Shown here: positions 23,495 through 35,450 of the stretch, in pieces | Numbering within the stretch: the first letter of the stretch is position 1 | Layout: every line of letters begins with the position of its first letter | From: Eledone cirrhosa | Lineage: Eukaryota | Direction: 5' to 3' | Assembly: GCA_964016885.1 (NCBI GenBank) | Contig: OZ024745.1 | Location: forward strand, 7,192,001-7,256,000 | DNA: 64,000 bases | Made by a program: the position numbers and the translations under genes | The notes under the pieces: model-generated | What the model was told of the DNA's origin: nothing | The model's database searches: none | Seen by the model: only the letters and a program-made list of their open reading frames with translations

Positions 23495-24140
23495 ATATAT
23501 TATATATATATATATTATATATATATATATATACGTACGTGTTCTTGTAAAACAGTATTCACTTCATTATAGCAAGCTTTCCACGTTTGTTTATCCACAA
23601 GTCCGTAAAAAACAAACATTTAGTTCCTGATTTATTAAATGTTGCCCCAAACTTTTATATTTTTACTAAGTAAGCTTTTCACTTTATTCCGTTGTTGATT
23701 CCGTTTTCACTTCTCTTATTATTATTATTTTACCAATTTTTCCCCATATATATTCACCTCCCAATACTTCACGATAAGTACCAGCTTCTTGACCGACCCT
23801 TATGTTTTTAATGTTCCTAGTTTATATTCAAACATACAACCTTACATTACAATGGCTGATAATTCCAATTCCTTTTTTATTTTTTTAAATTCCTGATTGA
23901 TTTTTTTAATTTTATTTAAGTCCCTTGTCTGTTTTTAAAAACTTTCCATTCACATGAAGCATATTTTGAAAATAGTGCAGTGCAGCCATTTGTGAGTACC
24001 CCAGTAGACAAGATATAACAACTGTGACCGGGTTCTCCATTTGTGTGTACCCCAGTAGGCAAGACTGACTGTTTGACCAAACATAAAAACTAAGGTTTCC
24101 TTAATAAGTTGCTGTTTATAAAATAATTTGCTTTGTTGTG

Positions 24141-24485
24141 GTAAGAAACTGTGAGGAGAGCTGGACAGTAGAAGGTCTTCAGAGAAGAACCACTCTCAGG
24201 GGAGCTGGACAGCAGGAGGTCTTCAGAGAAGAACCACTCTCAGGGGAGCTGGACAGCAGAAGGTCTTCAGAGAAGAAACTGTCAGGAGAGCTGGACAGTA
24301 GAAGGTCTTCAGAGAAGAACCACTCTCAGGGGAGCTGGACAGCAGGTCTTCAGAGAAGAAACTGTCAGGAGAGTTGGACAGCAGAAGGTCTTCAAAGAAG
24401 AAACTGTCGGGAGAGCTGGACAGTAGAAGGTCTTCAGAGAAGAAACTGTCAGGAGAGCTGGACAGTAGGTCTTCAGAGAAGAAGC
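24141..24485. repeat. ~40-bp minisatellite, about 8 units
   Basis: Variants of AGAAGAAACTGTCAGGAGAGCTGGACAGTAGAAGGTCTTCAG. Confidence 0.9.
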
Positions 24486-24899
24486 CCCACCTCAAGTGAG
24501 TGTTTCAGCCCTCAACTTCATAAATACACCTTATTACACATTGAAGATATTTTGCTTCAACTTCTCATTTATACAAAACTAAGAGTTTAAATATCATTCT
24601 AACTAAATACGTATTCTGTGTCTTCAACATTTCCTGGAATCATGTATTGTCTGTCTTACTTGAGTTTCCTGTAGTTGTGTGTGACCAGGTATATATCAAA
24701 ATATAAGTGGCTTTATTTGGATGAAAGCTGTTTCAAAGTTGTATTTTAACTTAATGTTCATTCTGAAAGTTTCTTTTGATTGATTCTAATAGGTATTGGA
24801 TTAACTATGATTGAACAAGCACAATGTGGATTATCATAGTTCTAAGCTTTCACAAATCTTTGCAAAACACACTTTTTGTTTTATCTAATGTTACTTCCT

Positions 24900-25085
24900 A
24901 ATGCAGACTCCACGTAAACAGCTCCTTCACTCCCAACTGCTTACGGGGAACAGTTACCAACGAAGACATGAGCTGAGATTCAAAGATACTGCAAAAAGGA
25001 ATTAGTGGAAAGGAATTGATTATAATAAATGACAAACTCAAGCAAAAAACTGACTAGTATGGAGAGTTTATGAAGCTATGCTAAA
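24900..25085 (+). mobile_element. Old RTE LINE C-terminal fragment
   Basis: KQLLHSQLLTG...RHELRFKDTAKRN with in-frame stops. Confidence 0.5.
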
Positions 25086-25399
25086 GATATGACTGCTTGG
25101 TGTCGACTGACTGCTTGGTGAATGCTACTTTCAATTTCATACATAGATATAGCAGGTTGTTAAGTGACTGTATTCTTAGGAGCTAGTGACTTCATGTCAA
25201 TCTACTTCATACATAACTATAGCAGTATTTGTAGACTTCATGTCAATCATATTTCTCTACACATGAATTTACTTTGTCATTTGTTTCAGTAGAAATGATT
25301 AACATTGTGTCAATTGTAGCCTTTTAAACCTATTAAGGCCAACTTAAATGTGTGATCTCTTTGGGGGAAATTGCTTTTCTATAATGTTGTTCACCTACT

Positions 25400-25625
25400 T
25401 ATTCCTGGGAGGGTCTTTGGAGAAGAGTCCTCAAACATGCCTTCCAGCGGGTTCCTGTCAGAAGCAACTCTCCAATTGATCCACCTGGATCCCCAAGTGA
25501 GACCAGCTGGGCTTATGAATGTTATTCAACCATCTTTCTTGGAGTCGACCCCTGAGTCTCCTGCCAACTGGTTTTGCCCATAAAATGTGTCCAGCAATTC
25601 TTTCCTGTAACCTTCTAACTACTGA
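25400..25625 (-). mobile_element. Old RTE (Expander/Rex3-like) 3' fragment
   Basis: Similar to 43150-43385. Confidence 0.55.
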
Positions 25626-25908
25626 AGCAGGTGGAAGAGTTCAAGCGGGTCTGTGTTTACGAGTGATGGAAGGCAGGAGGCTGAATTAAGTGTTTTTCAA
25701 TAATAGTTAAGACAACTTTCAGCTTCAAAGCTAAAATGTTCTTTCATCTTAACAAAATCTATCTTATTCTTTCTACAGAATGTAATTTCTGTGTGTTATT
25801 TCCAATCTCTGCTACAAATAATTCAGACACAATCCACTCTCTTAGGTAAAATTCTGCTTTCTGTCTTTCTCTTATGAGGCAGTGTAGTTGACTTTGTCTT
25901 TGATGATT

Positions 25909-26137
25909 CCACCACTTCCAACTCTGTATTTCCACCTCTTCCAAACTCTGTATTTCCAACACTTCCAACTCTGTATTTCCACCTCTTCCAACTCTGTATT
26001 TCCACATCTTCCAACTCTGTATTTCCACCTCTTCCGACTCTGTATTTCCACATCTTCCAACTCTGTATTTCCACCTCTTCCGACTCTGTATTTCCAACAT
26101 TTCCAACTCTGTATTTCCACCTCTTCCAACTCTGTAT
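25909..26137. repeat. 23-bp minisatellite, about 10 units
   Basis: Unit ACCTCTTCCAACTCTGTATTTCC. Confidence 0.9.
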
Positions 26138-26354
26138 GGAAAGTGTGGAAAAATAGATGTTAAATGATGTTTGATCCAAACAAGATTCTGTACTAAATGT
26201 CATGCCCAATTCTATAATGCAGCCATACTATTTTGCTTCTATCACTTAGGCACTTTACCTGCATATGATCCTTTCTCTATATTTTCTGTACTATAAACAA
26301 AGAAAATTATAATCTAAACATTACAAATGAGGGAACTTATACATAGTTAATTAC

Positions 26355-27048
26355 TCTCCCTCACTCTACCACAGTTACTCTGATATAATGGCAGTGAAAT
26401 CTCCCTCACATCACATTCTACCACAGTTACTTTGATATAATGGCAGTGAAATCTCCCTCACATCACATTCTACCATAGTTACTCTGATATAATGGCAGTG
26501 AAATCTCCCTCACATCACATTCTACGACAGTTACTCTGATATAATGGCAGTGAAATCTCCCTCACATCACATTCTACCACAGTTGCTCTGATATAATGGC
26601 AGTGAAATCTCCCTCACATCACATTCTACCATAGTTGCTCTGATATAATGGCAGTGAAATCTCCCTCACATCACATTCTACCATAGTTACTCTGATATAA
26701 TGGCAGTGAAATCTCCCTCACATCACATTCTACCATAGTTACTCTGATATAATGGCAGTGAAATCTCCCTCACATCACATTCTACCATAGTTACTCTGAT
26801 ATAATGGCAGTGAAATCTCCCTCATATCACATTCTACCATAGTTACTCTGATATAATGGCAGTGAAATCTCCCTCACATCACATTCTACCATAGTTACTC
26901 TGATATAATGGCAGTGAAATCTCCCTCATATCACATTCTACCATAGTTACTCTGATATAATGGCAGTGAAATCTCCCTCATATCACATTCTACCATAGTT
27001 ACTCTGATATAATGGCAGTGAAATCTCCCTCATATCACACTCTACCAT
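26355..27048. repeat. 52-bp minisatellite, about 13 units
   Basis: Unit ATAGTTACTCTGATATAATGGCAGTGAAATCTCCCTCACATCACATTCTACC. Confidence 0.95.
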
Positions 27049-28048
27049 CTTATAAAAAGGGAAGACTTTTGATAATATAGTTCTAGATAGACTATGCCAG
27101 AATAAAAGACAAGATGTTCATGGTCGAAGCACCTTTCTTTGATCATGCATAGGTTGTTTCAGTTGGTGCAACAAACATTGAACATTACTCGAGTCTAACA
27201 TTCCTTCCACCCTGAGATAAATACAGAAGAAACCGATTTTAATTTCTTAGCAATAACTGTTAGACATTACAATTCTTGTTCCATAATGGACAATAGTGAT
27301 GATGAGATTGATAATAATATACTTATGTTGTTGAAATTGAATTAAAAGATATATTTATTTGTCTTTGAGATTCCCAGGAAATAAAGCCAGTTCCAATTTA
27401 CAGCTATAAAAACTGATGCCACTCATTGAAACGACGTAACTAAATTATTATGGAGAAATGCCGGCAAAGGTTGGTGCCTCTCTAAAGTCTGTAAATACTT
27501 TAAAGGTAATTTCAATAATTTGATCATAAATATTCTTCAGGTTCCTTAAAAAGTTCTGGTGATTTACTTGTGAATTACTGCTGTAGCCTGCCAGGAATCA
27601 GATTCTTTGCAGAGGGAAACTTATTAAAATAATCACATTTTGTTTAAGCAGAAAAACACATTAGGTTATGAGTAGCATTTGTATACATACTTAGTAGACA
27701 TAAATATCTACATAGTATCTTCATAGTACCTTCATCAGAATCATGACTGGCTGGCACTATTTGTGTCGGACATGTGTGGCCACTTTGAATGCACAGATTG
27801 TGTTGGCTTGACCCCTCATCAATGAACCATGGCACAAGTACAGGTAATAAGCAAATCCCAAGTGAAAGAATATATATATATATATATATACAATACATAA
27901 ACAGAGAAAGCCTTAAGCGATACTCTGACCAACTCCATCTCACTCAACAAATATTAGGACATACTAAAGTATTATCCCAATTTAGTGTTTGGGGTGCTAA
28001 CTAATCAGTATTTCGTGGATAATTGGTTGTATTATTTTATATGAGACA

Positions 28049-28232
28049 GGCGGTGGATTGGCAGTATCGGTAGAGGGTCGGACGCCATGCTTTCCAGCAT
28101 AGTTACGTCCCTTTACGATCTGAGTTCAAATCCCACCGAGGTTAACTTTGCCTTTCATCCTTACGGGGTCGATAAAATAAAGTACCAGTAATGCACTGGG
28201 TAATTGCTGGCCTTGTGCCTAAAGTAGAAACA
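28049..28232 (+). mobile_element. tRNA-derived SINE (family 1) with an 18-bp TSD
   Basis: A and B boxes present. ATTATTTTATATGAGACA at 28031-28048 and 28233-28250. Confidence 0.9.
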
Positions 28233-28764
28233 ATTATTTTATATGAGACATTATTAAATAAATATCTCATTTCTTCCAGTGTGTATATATATATATATAT
28301 ATATATATTTACACACACAAACACAACTGATAGTATGAGTTGGTGTCAAGAAAGGCATGTGGCTGTAGAAATTTATTTACCATGGATAAAGCAGGACAAT
28401 GGATATATATATATTTGGGACCCGAGAGTACGTGTTAAGTGCAAAGCAAGGGTGACTTTGACACAGATGTTCTACAAAGTTTTAAGATACATTTTTTACA
28501 GTTTTAAGATACATTTTTTACAGTTTTAAGATACTTTTTTTTATTCGTTTACTTCTGCACGTGAAATTATAGAATTACGGCACCAATTATTGTAATTTTA
28601 GTTTGTTTTATTAGCTGCAGTTTTGCTTTTTTGTGCATTGCAGATGTTAGTGGGAACCATCTGTAACATTGTATATATCATCATCATCATCATCATTTTA
28701 CATCCGCTTTTCCCTGCTTGCAAATAAATACACACACACACACGTGTGTGCCTGTATATATATA

Positions 28765-28973
28765 CTGTAAAGTGGTTGTGAAGGTGTCTTGACAAAAAGC
28801 ACCCAGTCCATACTGTAAATATGGTTGGCGTTAGGAAGGGCATCCAGCTGTAGAAAATAATCCAGAAACAGTTCTATATGTGTATGACACTGTCACCTGA
28901 CCTGACTTGCCTCTAATGTGACAACCTGTCTAACCCATGCTAGTGTAGAAAATGGATGTTAAACGATGATGAT
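28765..28973 (+). mobile_element. RTE-type 3' tail fragment ending in (GAT)n
   Basis: GGTTGGCGTTAGGAAGGGCATCCAGCTGTAGAAA motif and a TTAAACGATGATGAT end. Confidence 0.7.
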
Positions 28974-29915
28974 CTGCCCGTGGGAACTCCTATATGCAGA
29001 TGATCTAACTCTCATAGCTGAATCAATGGCTGAACTAGAGAAGAAATTCCTAACATGGAAGCATGGCCTAGAATCAAAAGGCCTTAAAGTTAACTTGTCT
29101 AAGACTAAAGTTCTAGTATGTAGAAAGGAGAATAGGGCACGGGTGCCCTCTGGGAAATGGCCATGCTCAGTGTGTAGGAAAGGAGTAGGTAGAAATTCCA
29201 TTCTATGCCCCAAATGTAAACTATGGGTACATAAATGATGTAGTGGGATCACAGGTAAGCTATCTAAGAATGTAGATTTTATATTGGCCGATGTTCAGGT
29301 GCAATAAGTAGCAAGTGTCCACAGGATACTAGCTCCTTCAACTGCCCAGATGGTTCTATAGAAATAGTAGACATTTTCCGTTACCTGGGTGACAAAATCA
29401 GCAGTGGAGGAGGGTGCTCTGAAAGTACAGTAGCCAGAGTTAGAATGGGATGACAATGTCACTGGATCGAGACCTTTGGCGCTACGCAGTAATACAGAAG
29501 ACCCACCTTCCCTTACGTACAAAGTTAAACCTACAGTCAGTTGGCACTTCTTAACCAAATATACACCCCAACCCACTACCCCTACTCCATCCTCGCACTC
29601 CACCCCTTTCTCTGTAAAGTTATGTTGGTACCACAGAACATCCAATCCACACTAAAGAGGTCGTGTCGTGTAGGTGTCATTACAAAAAGTAGCCAGTCCA
29701 CTCTGTAAAGTGGTCATGTAGGTGACACGGTAAAAAGGATCCCAGTCTACACTGTAAATGTGGTTGGTGTTAGGAAGGCCATCCAACCATAGAATACCTG
29801 CCAGATACAGTTCTATACAAATGAGACACGGTCACCCGATCAATCTTGCCTCAAGTGGGACAATTCCTGTCTAACCCATGCTAGCGTGGAATATGGACGT
29901 TAAACGATGATGATG

Positions 29916-29917
<2 letters not shown>
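28974..29917 (+). mobile_element. RTE LINE copy D: 5'-truncated, internally deleted, diverged
   Basis: CPWELLYADD...WPCSVCRKGVG ORF with a stop at about 29236. Near 29450 it jumps to the ORF end. 3' UTR and (GAT)n tail present. Confidence 0.85.
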
Positions 29918-29954
<37 letters not shown>

Positions 29955-31048
29955 TACACGTGTGACATTTGTTTACTTGTAATTTTGATGTTTATAGATT
30001 ATCTTTCTCTACATCACATGCTACCATCATCATCACTATTTAACGTCCACCTTCCACGCTAAGATGGGTTAGACAGGTACCATATATTTATTTCTCTGAG
30101 TTTCACTAAAAACTGATTTAACCACAATAACAAGTGTGTTTTGAACTGACTGTAGTATTGAAATTGTAGGACATATACTTACAAAATAGGGATATGTGAA
30201 ATCTACTCTGTATGTGTGTATAGTGTGTGTGGTGCTGGGACCGAGGAGATCACTAATCATGTGAGTACTCGATACATGGGGAGATATAGAGTGGGTTATA
30301 GAGATATGTAAAATTCTAACTGTGGTGCCAAGCCAAAACCGCTTGGTGCCGTGATCAAGATTTTACATGTCTCTCTCTCTCTCTATATATATATATATAG
30401 AAGGGCATCCAGCTGTTGACAACTTGCCAAACAAAAGGGTTAGGAGGACCCCTCAGTTGTGTAAAAGACATGACAACCTCAACTGTGAAGTTAGTAGAAC
30501 GTGTGATGCAGACCCCTGTCATGTCTGGTCCATCACAATGCTTCTGTGCTGACTTGGTCTATGTAGACCTGTCCAACTATTGCAGGGAAAGTGGATAATA
30601 AATCTATATGTAGTGTGTAGTTTTATCTATGCAGAAGTCTAACAACTGTTCTCTTTACTGCAGTTAAAACAATGTTATTGTAGCAATGAAGTTTTTATTG
30701 TTTATCTTAGATCAGTTTAGAAACATTACTTAAACTGTTTTTTACTCTTCTCATAATGAATCAGATTAATAACTATAAATTCTTCTAAGAGACCTTCCCT
30801 CTTTCCTTTGTAATATGATGAAACAGGATGTCTCTTAACCTTCAGGGTCATTTGAGTAGCACTAATGTATGTAAGGAGGGTAAACATAGGACAGAATCGT
30901 TTGTGGTGTGTGTTCTAGCTCTTTGAGTAGCTTTAATGTATCTAAGGAAACTGGCAAAGTCAGTAGAACATAGGACAGAATCAGTTGTGGTGTGTGTTCT
31001 AGCCCTTTGCTCTCTCCCTGAATTCTGTTAAATTCAACTTTGCATCCT

Positions 31049-31577
31049 ATTTTCACCATTCTATATCATATCTTTTCTCTAAAAATCATATTTTCCCTAT
31101 CACCGCATTTTCTCTATCGTATTTTCTTAAACAAAACAAATCTTGTATTTTCGTTTATTGTTAAATTATGCCCAATTTTTTCTTGATTCTTCTCTCCATT
31201 CGAACCCATTCATTCAATCACTTCTATGTCCTAATTTCACACTATATCATATTTTCACCATTCTATATCATATCTTTTCTCTAAAAATCATATTTTCCCT
31301 ATCACCGCATTTTCTCTATCGTATTTTCTTAAACAAAACAAATCTTGTATTTTCGTTTATTGTTAAATTATGCCCAATTTTTTCTCGATTCTTCTCTCCA
31401 TTCGAACCCATTCATTCAATCACTTCTATGTCCTAATTTCACACTATATCATATTTTCACCATTCTATATCATATCTTTTCTCTAAAAATCATATTTTCC
31501 CTATCACCGCATTTTCTCTATCGTATTTTCTTAAACAAAACAAATCTTGTATTTTCGTTTATTGTTAAATTATGCCC
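31049..31577. repeat. 202-bp tandem repeat, 2.6 copies, directly upstream of RTE copy A
   Basis: Near-identical units start at about 31049, 31251 and 31453; duplicated ORFs at 31143 and 31345. Confidence 0.9.
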
Positions 31578-34500
31578 CAAATACGGCGATCTTATCTTAA
31601 ACCTTACATTCTCGCTAACAACCCATCATCCCTCCCTCCCGCCCCCACGCACCACCATTATTACGTGGACCGATCATAAGTCAGAGGCCCATACTATCGC
31701 TTAACTGGTTGCTTTTCGATATGATGGATGGACTACGGAATTCTGGAGAGTTGAAGAGAGAAAAATGTGGACGCTCAGCGACAATGCCAAAGATAAAGCC
31801 AAATTCACCTCGTGGACGAGAATGCAAGCACTCCTCCTTGTTTCGGCCCAGGATGGCTAACATAACCCCATCCCCCCCCGCGCCCCACCGCTCCCACCCT
31901 CCAAACGCAATCCAAAACTTCAGAGTTGGTACCATGAATGTAGGCACCCTAAAGGGTCGCTCTAACGAGGTTGTAGAAATGCTTGAACGTAAGGAGGTCG
32001 ATGTTTGTTGTATTCAAGAGACCAGGTGGAGGGGAGGGTCGGCTAGATTCATCGTGGGTAAAGAACGATGCTATAAGCTTTTCTGGGTGGGAAATGACAA
32101 TGGGTTGGGTGGGGTAGGAATCATGGTAGCAGAAAAGTGGGCAGATAAGATAATAGACGTAAATAGAGTGAACGACAGAATAATTAAAATAAGACTTGTC
32201 CTCAATAAAACTACGGTGACAGTAATATCTGCGTACGCACCCCAATCCGGACTGCCCGGCGCTATAAAAGACAGATTCTGCTCGCTACCTCCCAAATAAC
32301 CGACAGTGACTATATAGTTATTGCAGGCGACCTAAATGGTCACGTTGGACAACATTGTGACGGCTATGACGGAATCCATGGAGGCTATGGGTTCGGTACT
32401 AGAAATGAGGAAGGCTCCAGAATCCTGGAATTCTGCGACGCAAATAACTTAACTATCTGTAACACTAACTTCAAAAAACGAGACAATCACTTGATCACCT
32501 ATAGATCGGGGGAACACACAAGCCAGGTAGATTATATCCTTACCAGAAGACGTGACAGAGTGTCTGTTGTTAACACTAAATCCCACCCCCATGAAGAATT
32601 CACCTCCCAACATAGACTGATAATTAGCGACCTCATAGTCAGGACGAGACGTACTAGACAGCGGAAGAGGACTATCCTCAGGAGAAAAATATGGAAGCTA
32701 AAGGACCCCATAGCCAGAAATAAATTTCAAAGCATATTACTTGACGCTTTCGACAGTAAGGAAGAGCAATTAGAGTCGTATAATATAGAGGAACAGTGGG
32801 AATTCCTGAGAGCAAACCTGCTGACGGCGGCAGACAAAGTCTGTGGCTGGAGCAGGCCTGTAGGTAGGAGGAGAGTAACATGGTGGTGGAACAGTGAGGT
32901 GGAGGAGTCAATTAAGGCCAAAAAGCAGGCTTGGAAAGTATGGCGGGATGGGGGAAGTAGAGAAGACTATCAAGTGGCCAGGAGGGAAGCTAGGAGACAA
33001 GTGTACTTCGCAAGAAGGGAAGCAGAGGAAAGAAAGTTCAAGCATGTTCTACAACGTGAGGACCAAAAACGTGAGGTGTTCAGGATTGCCAGGCAATGTG
33101 TCAAGGAAAACCGTGATATTGTCGGGGAGAAGTGTGTACTTAACGATGATGGCATACTTGCCATCACCGACGCTGATAAGAAGGTAGCTTGGAAGTGTCA
33201 CTACGAAAGGCTTCTAAATGAGGAGAACAAATGGGAGAAAGACAGTCTCCCCCAGATCGATCCAATAGAGGGACCAGCAGTGTTAGTTGAAGGTAGTATA
33301 ATAAGTAAGGCAATCAAAGATATGAAGACGGGTAAGGCGGCTGGGCCTTCGGAAATAGTTGCTGAGATGCTGAAGGCATCTGGTTCGGTGGGACACACCA
33401 TGGTCACCCGGATAGTTAACCAAGTCGTACAGAATGGGGTTGTTCCGAAGGAATGGCGTAGCAGCATCATCGTTAACTGCTATAAGGGAAAAGGAGATGC
33501 CCTAGATAGGAGTAACTATAGAGGCATTAAATTAATCGACCAGGTCATGAAGGTCACGGAAAAAGTAATAGCGCAACTAATCAGAGAGAGAATTGATCTA
33601 GATGAAATGCAGTTCGGGTTTGTGTCAGGCAAAAGTACCACAGACGCTCTTTTCATTGTACGACAACTACAGGAGAAGTACCTAGCTAAAAGTAAACCCC
33701 TATACTTAGCTTTCGTCGACTTGGAGAAAGCCTTCGACAGAGTCCCCCGTTCCATTATCTGGTGGTCTCTTAGAAAACTAGGTGTTGACGAATGGCTTGT
33801 GAGAGCTATACAAGCCATGTATAAAGAAACAGTCAGTAAGGTTAGAATTAACAACGAATATAGTGAAGAGTTTAGCGTAAAAGTTGGTGTCCATCAGGGC
33901 TCTGTTCTTAGCCCCCTACTATTTATTATTGCCCTTCAGGCTATAACAGAGGAGTTCAAGACCGGCTGCCCATGGGAACTCCTATATGCAGATGATCTAA
34001 CGCTCATAGCTGAATCAATGACCGAACTAGAGAAGAAATTCCAAACATGGAAGCACGGCCTAGAATCAAAAGGCCTTAAAATTAACCTGGCTAAGACTAA
34101 AGTTCTAGTTTGTAGGAAAGAAAATAAGGCGGCGGTCCCATCTGGGAAATGGCCATGCTCAGTGTGTAGGAAAGGCGTAGGTAGAAACTCCATTTTATGT
34201 CCCAAATGCAAAGTATGGGTGCATAAAAGATGTAGTGGGATCACAGGTAAGCTAACTAAGAACATAGATTTTACATGTGGCCGGTGCTCTGGTGCAATAA
34301 GTAGCAGCAAGTGCCCACAAAATACTAGCTCCTTCAACTGCGCAGAGGGTTCTATAGAAATAGTGGACAGCTTCCGTTATCTGGGTGACAAAATCAGCAG
34401 TGGGGGAGGGTGCTCTGAAAGTACAGTAGCTAGAGTCAGAACTGGATGGAAAAAGTTCAGAGAGCTTATACCACTATTAGCCGCTAGAGGGTTCTCCCTA

Positions 34501-35450
34501 AAAATGAAAGGCAGGTTATACGATGCCTGCATACGAACAGCAATGCTGCATGGCAGTGAGACCTGGGCATTGTGTGCAGAGGATATACGCAGACTAGAGA
34601 GGAACGAAGCTTGCATGCTCCGCTGGATGTGCAATAGTAATATACGTGAACGGCAAAGCATAAACGAACTAAGGAAAAAATTAGAAATAAGAGGGATCAG
34701 ATGTTGTTTACTCGAGAGAAGGCTACGTTGGTACGGTCACGTGATGCGCATGAAAGACGACAGCTGTATAACAAAGTGCAGGGCAATAAAGATAGACGGT
34801 AGCCACGGAGTAGGCAGACCCAGAAAAACATGGGACGAGCTGATAAATTCCGACCTCACACGCTTACACCTCTCCAAGACAATGTCACTGGACCGAGACC
34901 TTTGGCGGTACTCAGTAATAGAGAAGACCCGCCTTACCTAAATACAAAGTAAAAACCTACTACAGTCAGTAGGCATCTCTATCAAAACACACCCCCGTCC
35001 CACCACCTCCACCCCACCCACACCGCCCCTTTCAATGTAAAGTTATGTTGGTCCCACAACATCCAGGCCGAAACAAATGAGATCGTGTAGGTGTCACGAC
35101 AAAAAACACACAGTCCACGCTGTAAATGTGGCCGTGTAGGCAACACGGTAAAAACCTCCCAGCCCCACACTGTAAATGTGGTTGGTGTTAGGAAGGGCAT
35201 CCAGCTGTAGAAAACCCGCCAGACAGTCCACGCTGTAATGTGGCCGTGTAGGCAACACGGTAAAAACCTCCCAGCCCCACACTGTAAATGTGGTTGGTGT
35301 TAGGAAGGGCATCCAACTGTAGAAAACCCGCCAGACAGTCCTATGCGAGCAAGACAACCACTCTTGCCTCAAGTGGGAAAACCCCCGTCCAAACCCATGC
35401 AAGCGTGGAACACGGACGCTAAACCTGATGATGATGATGATGATGATGAT
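31578..35450 (+). mobile_element. RTE-clade LINE copy A, near full length
   Basis: Single EN-RT ORF, 3' UTR with a duplicated 113-bp block (35111-35335) and a (GAT)n tail. Confidence 0.95.
31709..34941 (+). pseudogene. RTE APE endonuclease-RT ORF, frameshifted by a 13-bp deletion near 32279
   Basis: Motifs NVGTL, IQETR, SAYAPQ, GDLNGH, FVDLEKAFD, GVHQGSVLSP, YADD and a PHD-like insert. Copy C carries ACGAGACACTGAT at the position where it is missing here. Confidence 0.92.

Larger units (their letters stand above)
22335..23495 (-). mobile_element. Penelope-like element 3' end (second family)
   Basis: Flanked by (TA)n. Endonuclease C-terminus at 23285-23494 and an HHR near the 3' end. Confidence 0.7.

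Noticed and set aside
24138-24590. 150-aa ORF
   Set aside because: It lies over a ~40-bp minisatellite, and the peptide repeats shift frame with unit length.
28049-28140. tRNA gene (A and B boxes), also at 50183 and 55419
   Set aside because: No proper cloverleaf; the sequence continues into a SINE body, with TSDs or multiple dispersed copies.
31578-31720. HDV-like or twister ribozyme expected at an RTE 5' end
   Set aside because: I could not fit either fold by eye; a descriptor search would be needed.
32678-34661. Antisense ORFs over the RTE and CR1 coding regions
   Set aside because: These are shadow frames of the LINE ORFs, with no independent motifs.
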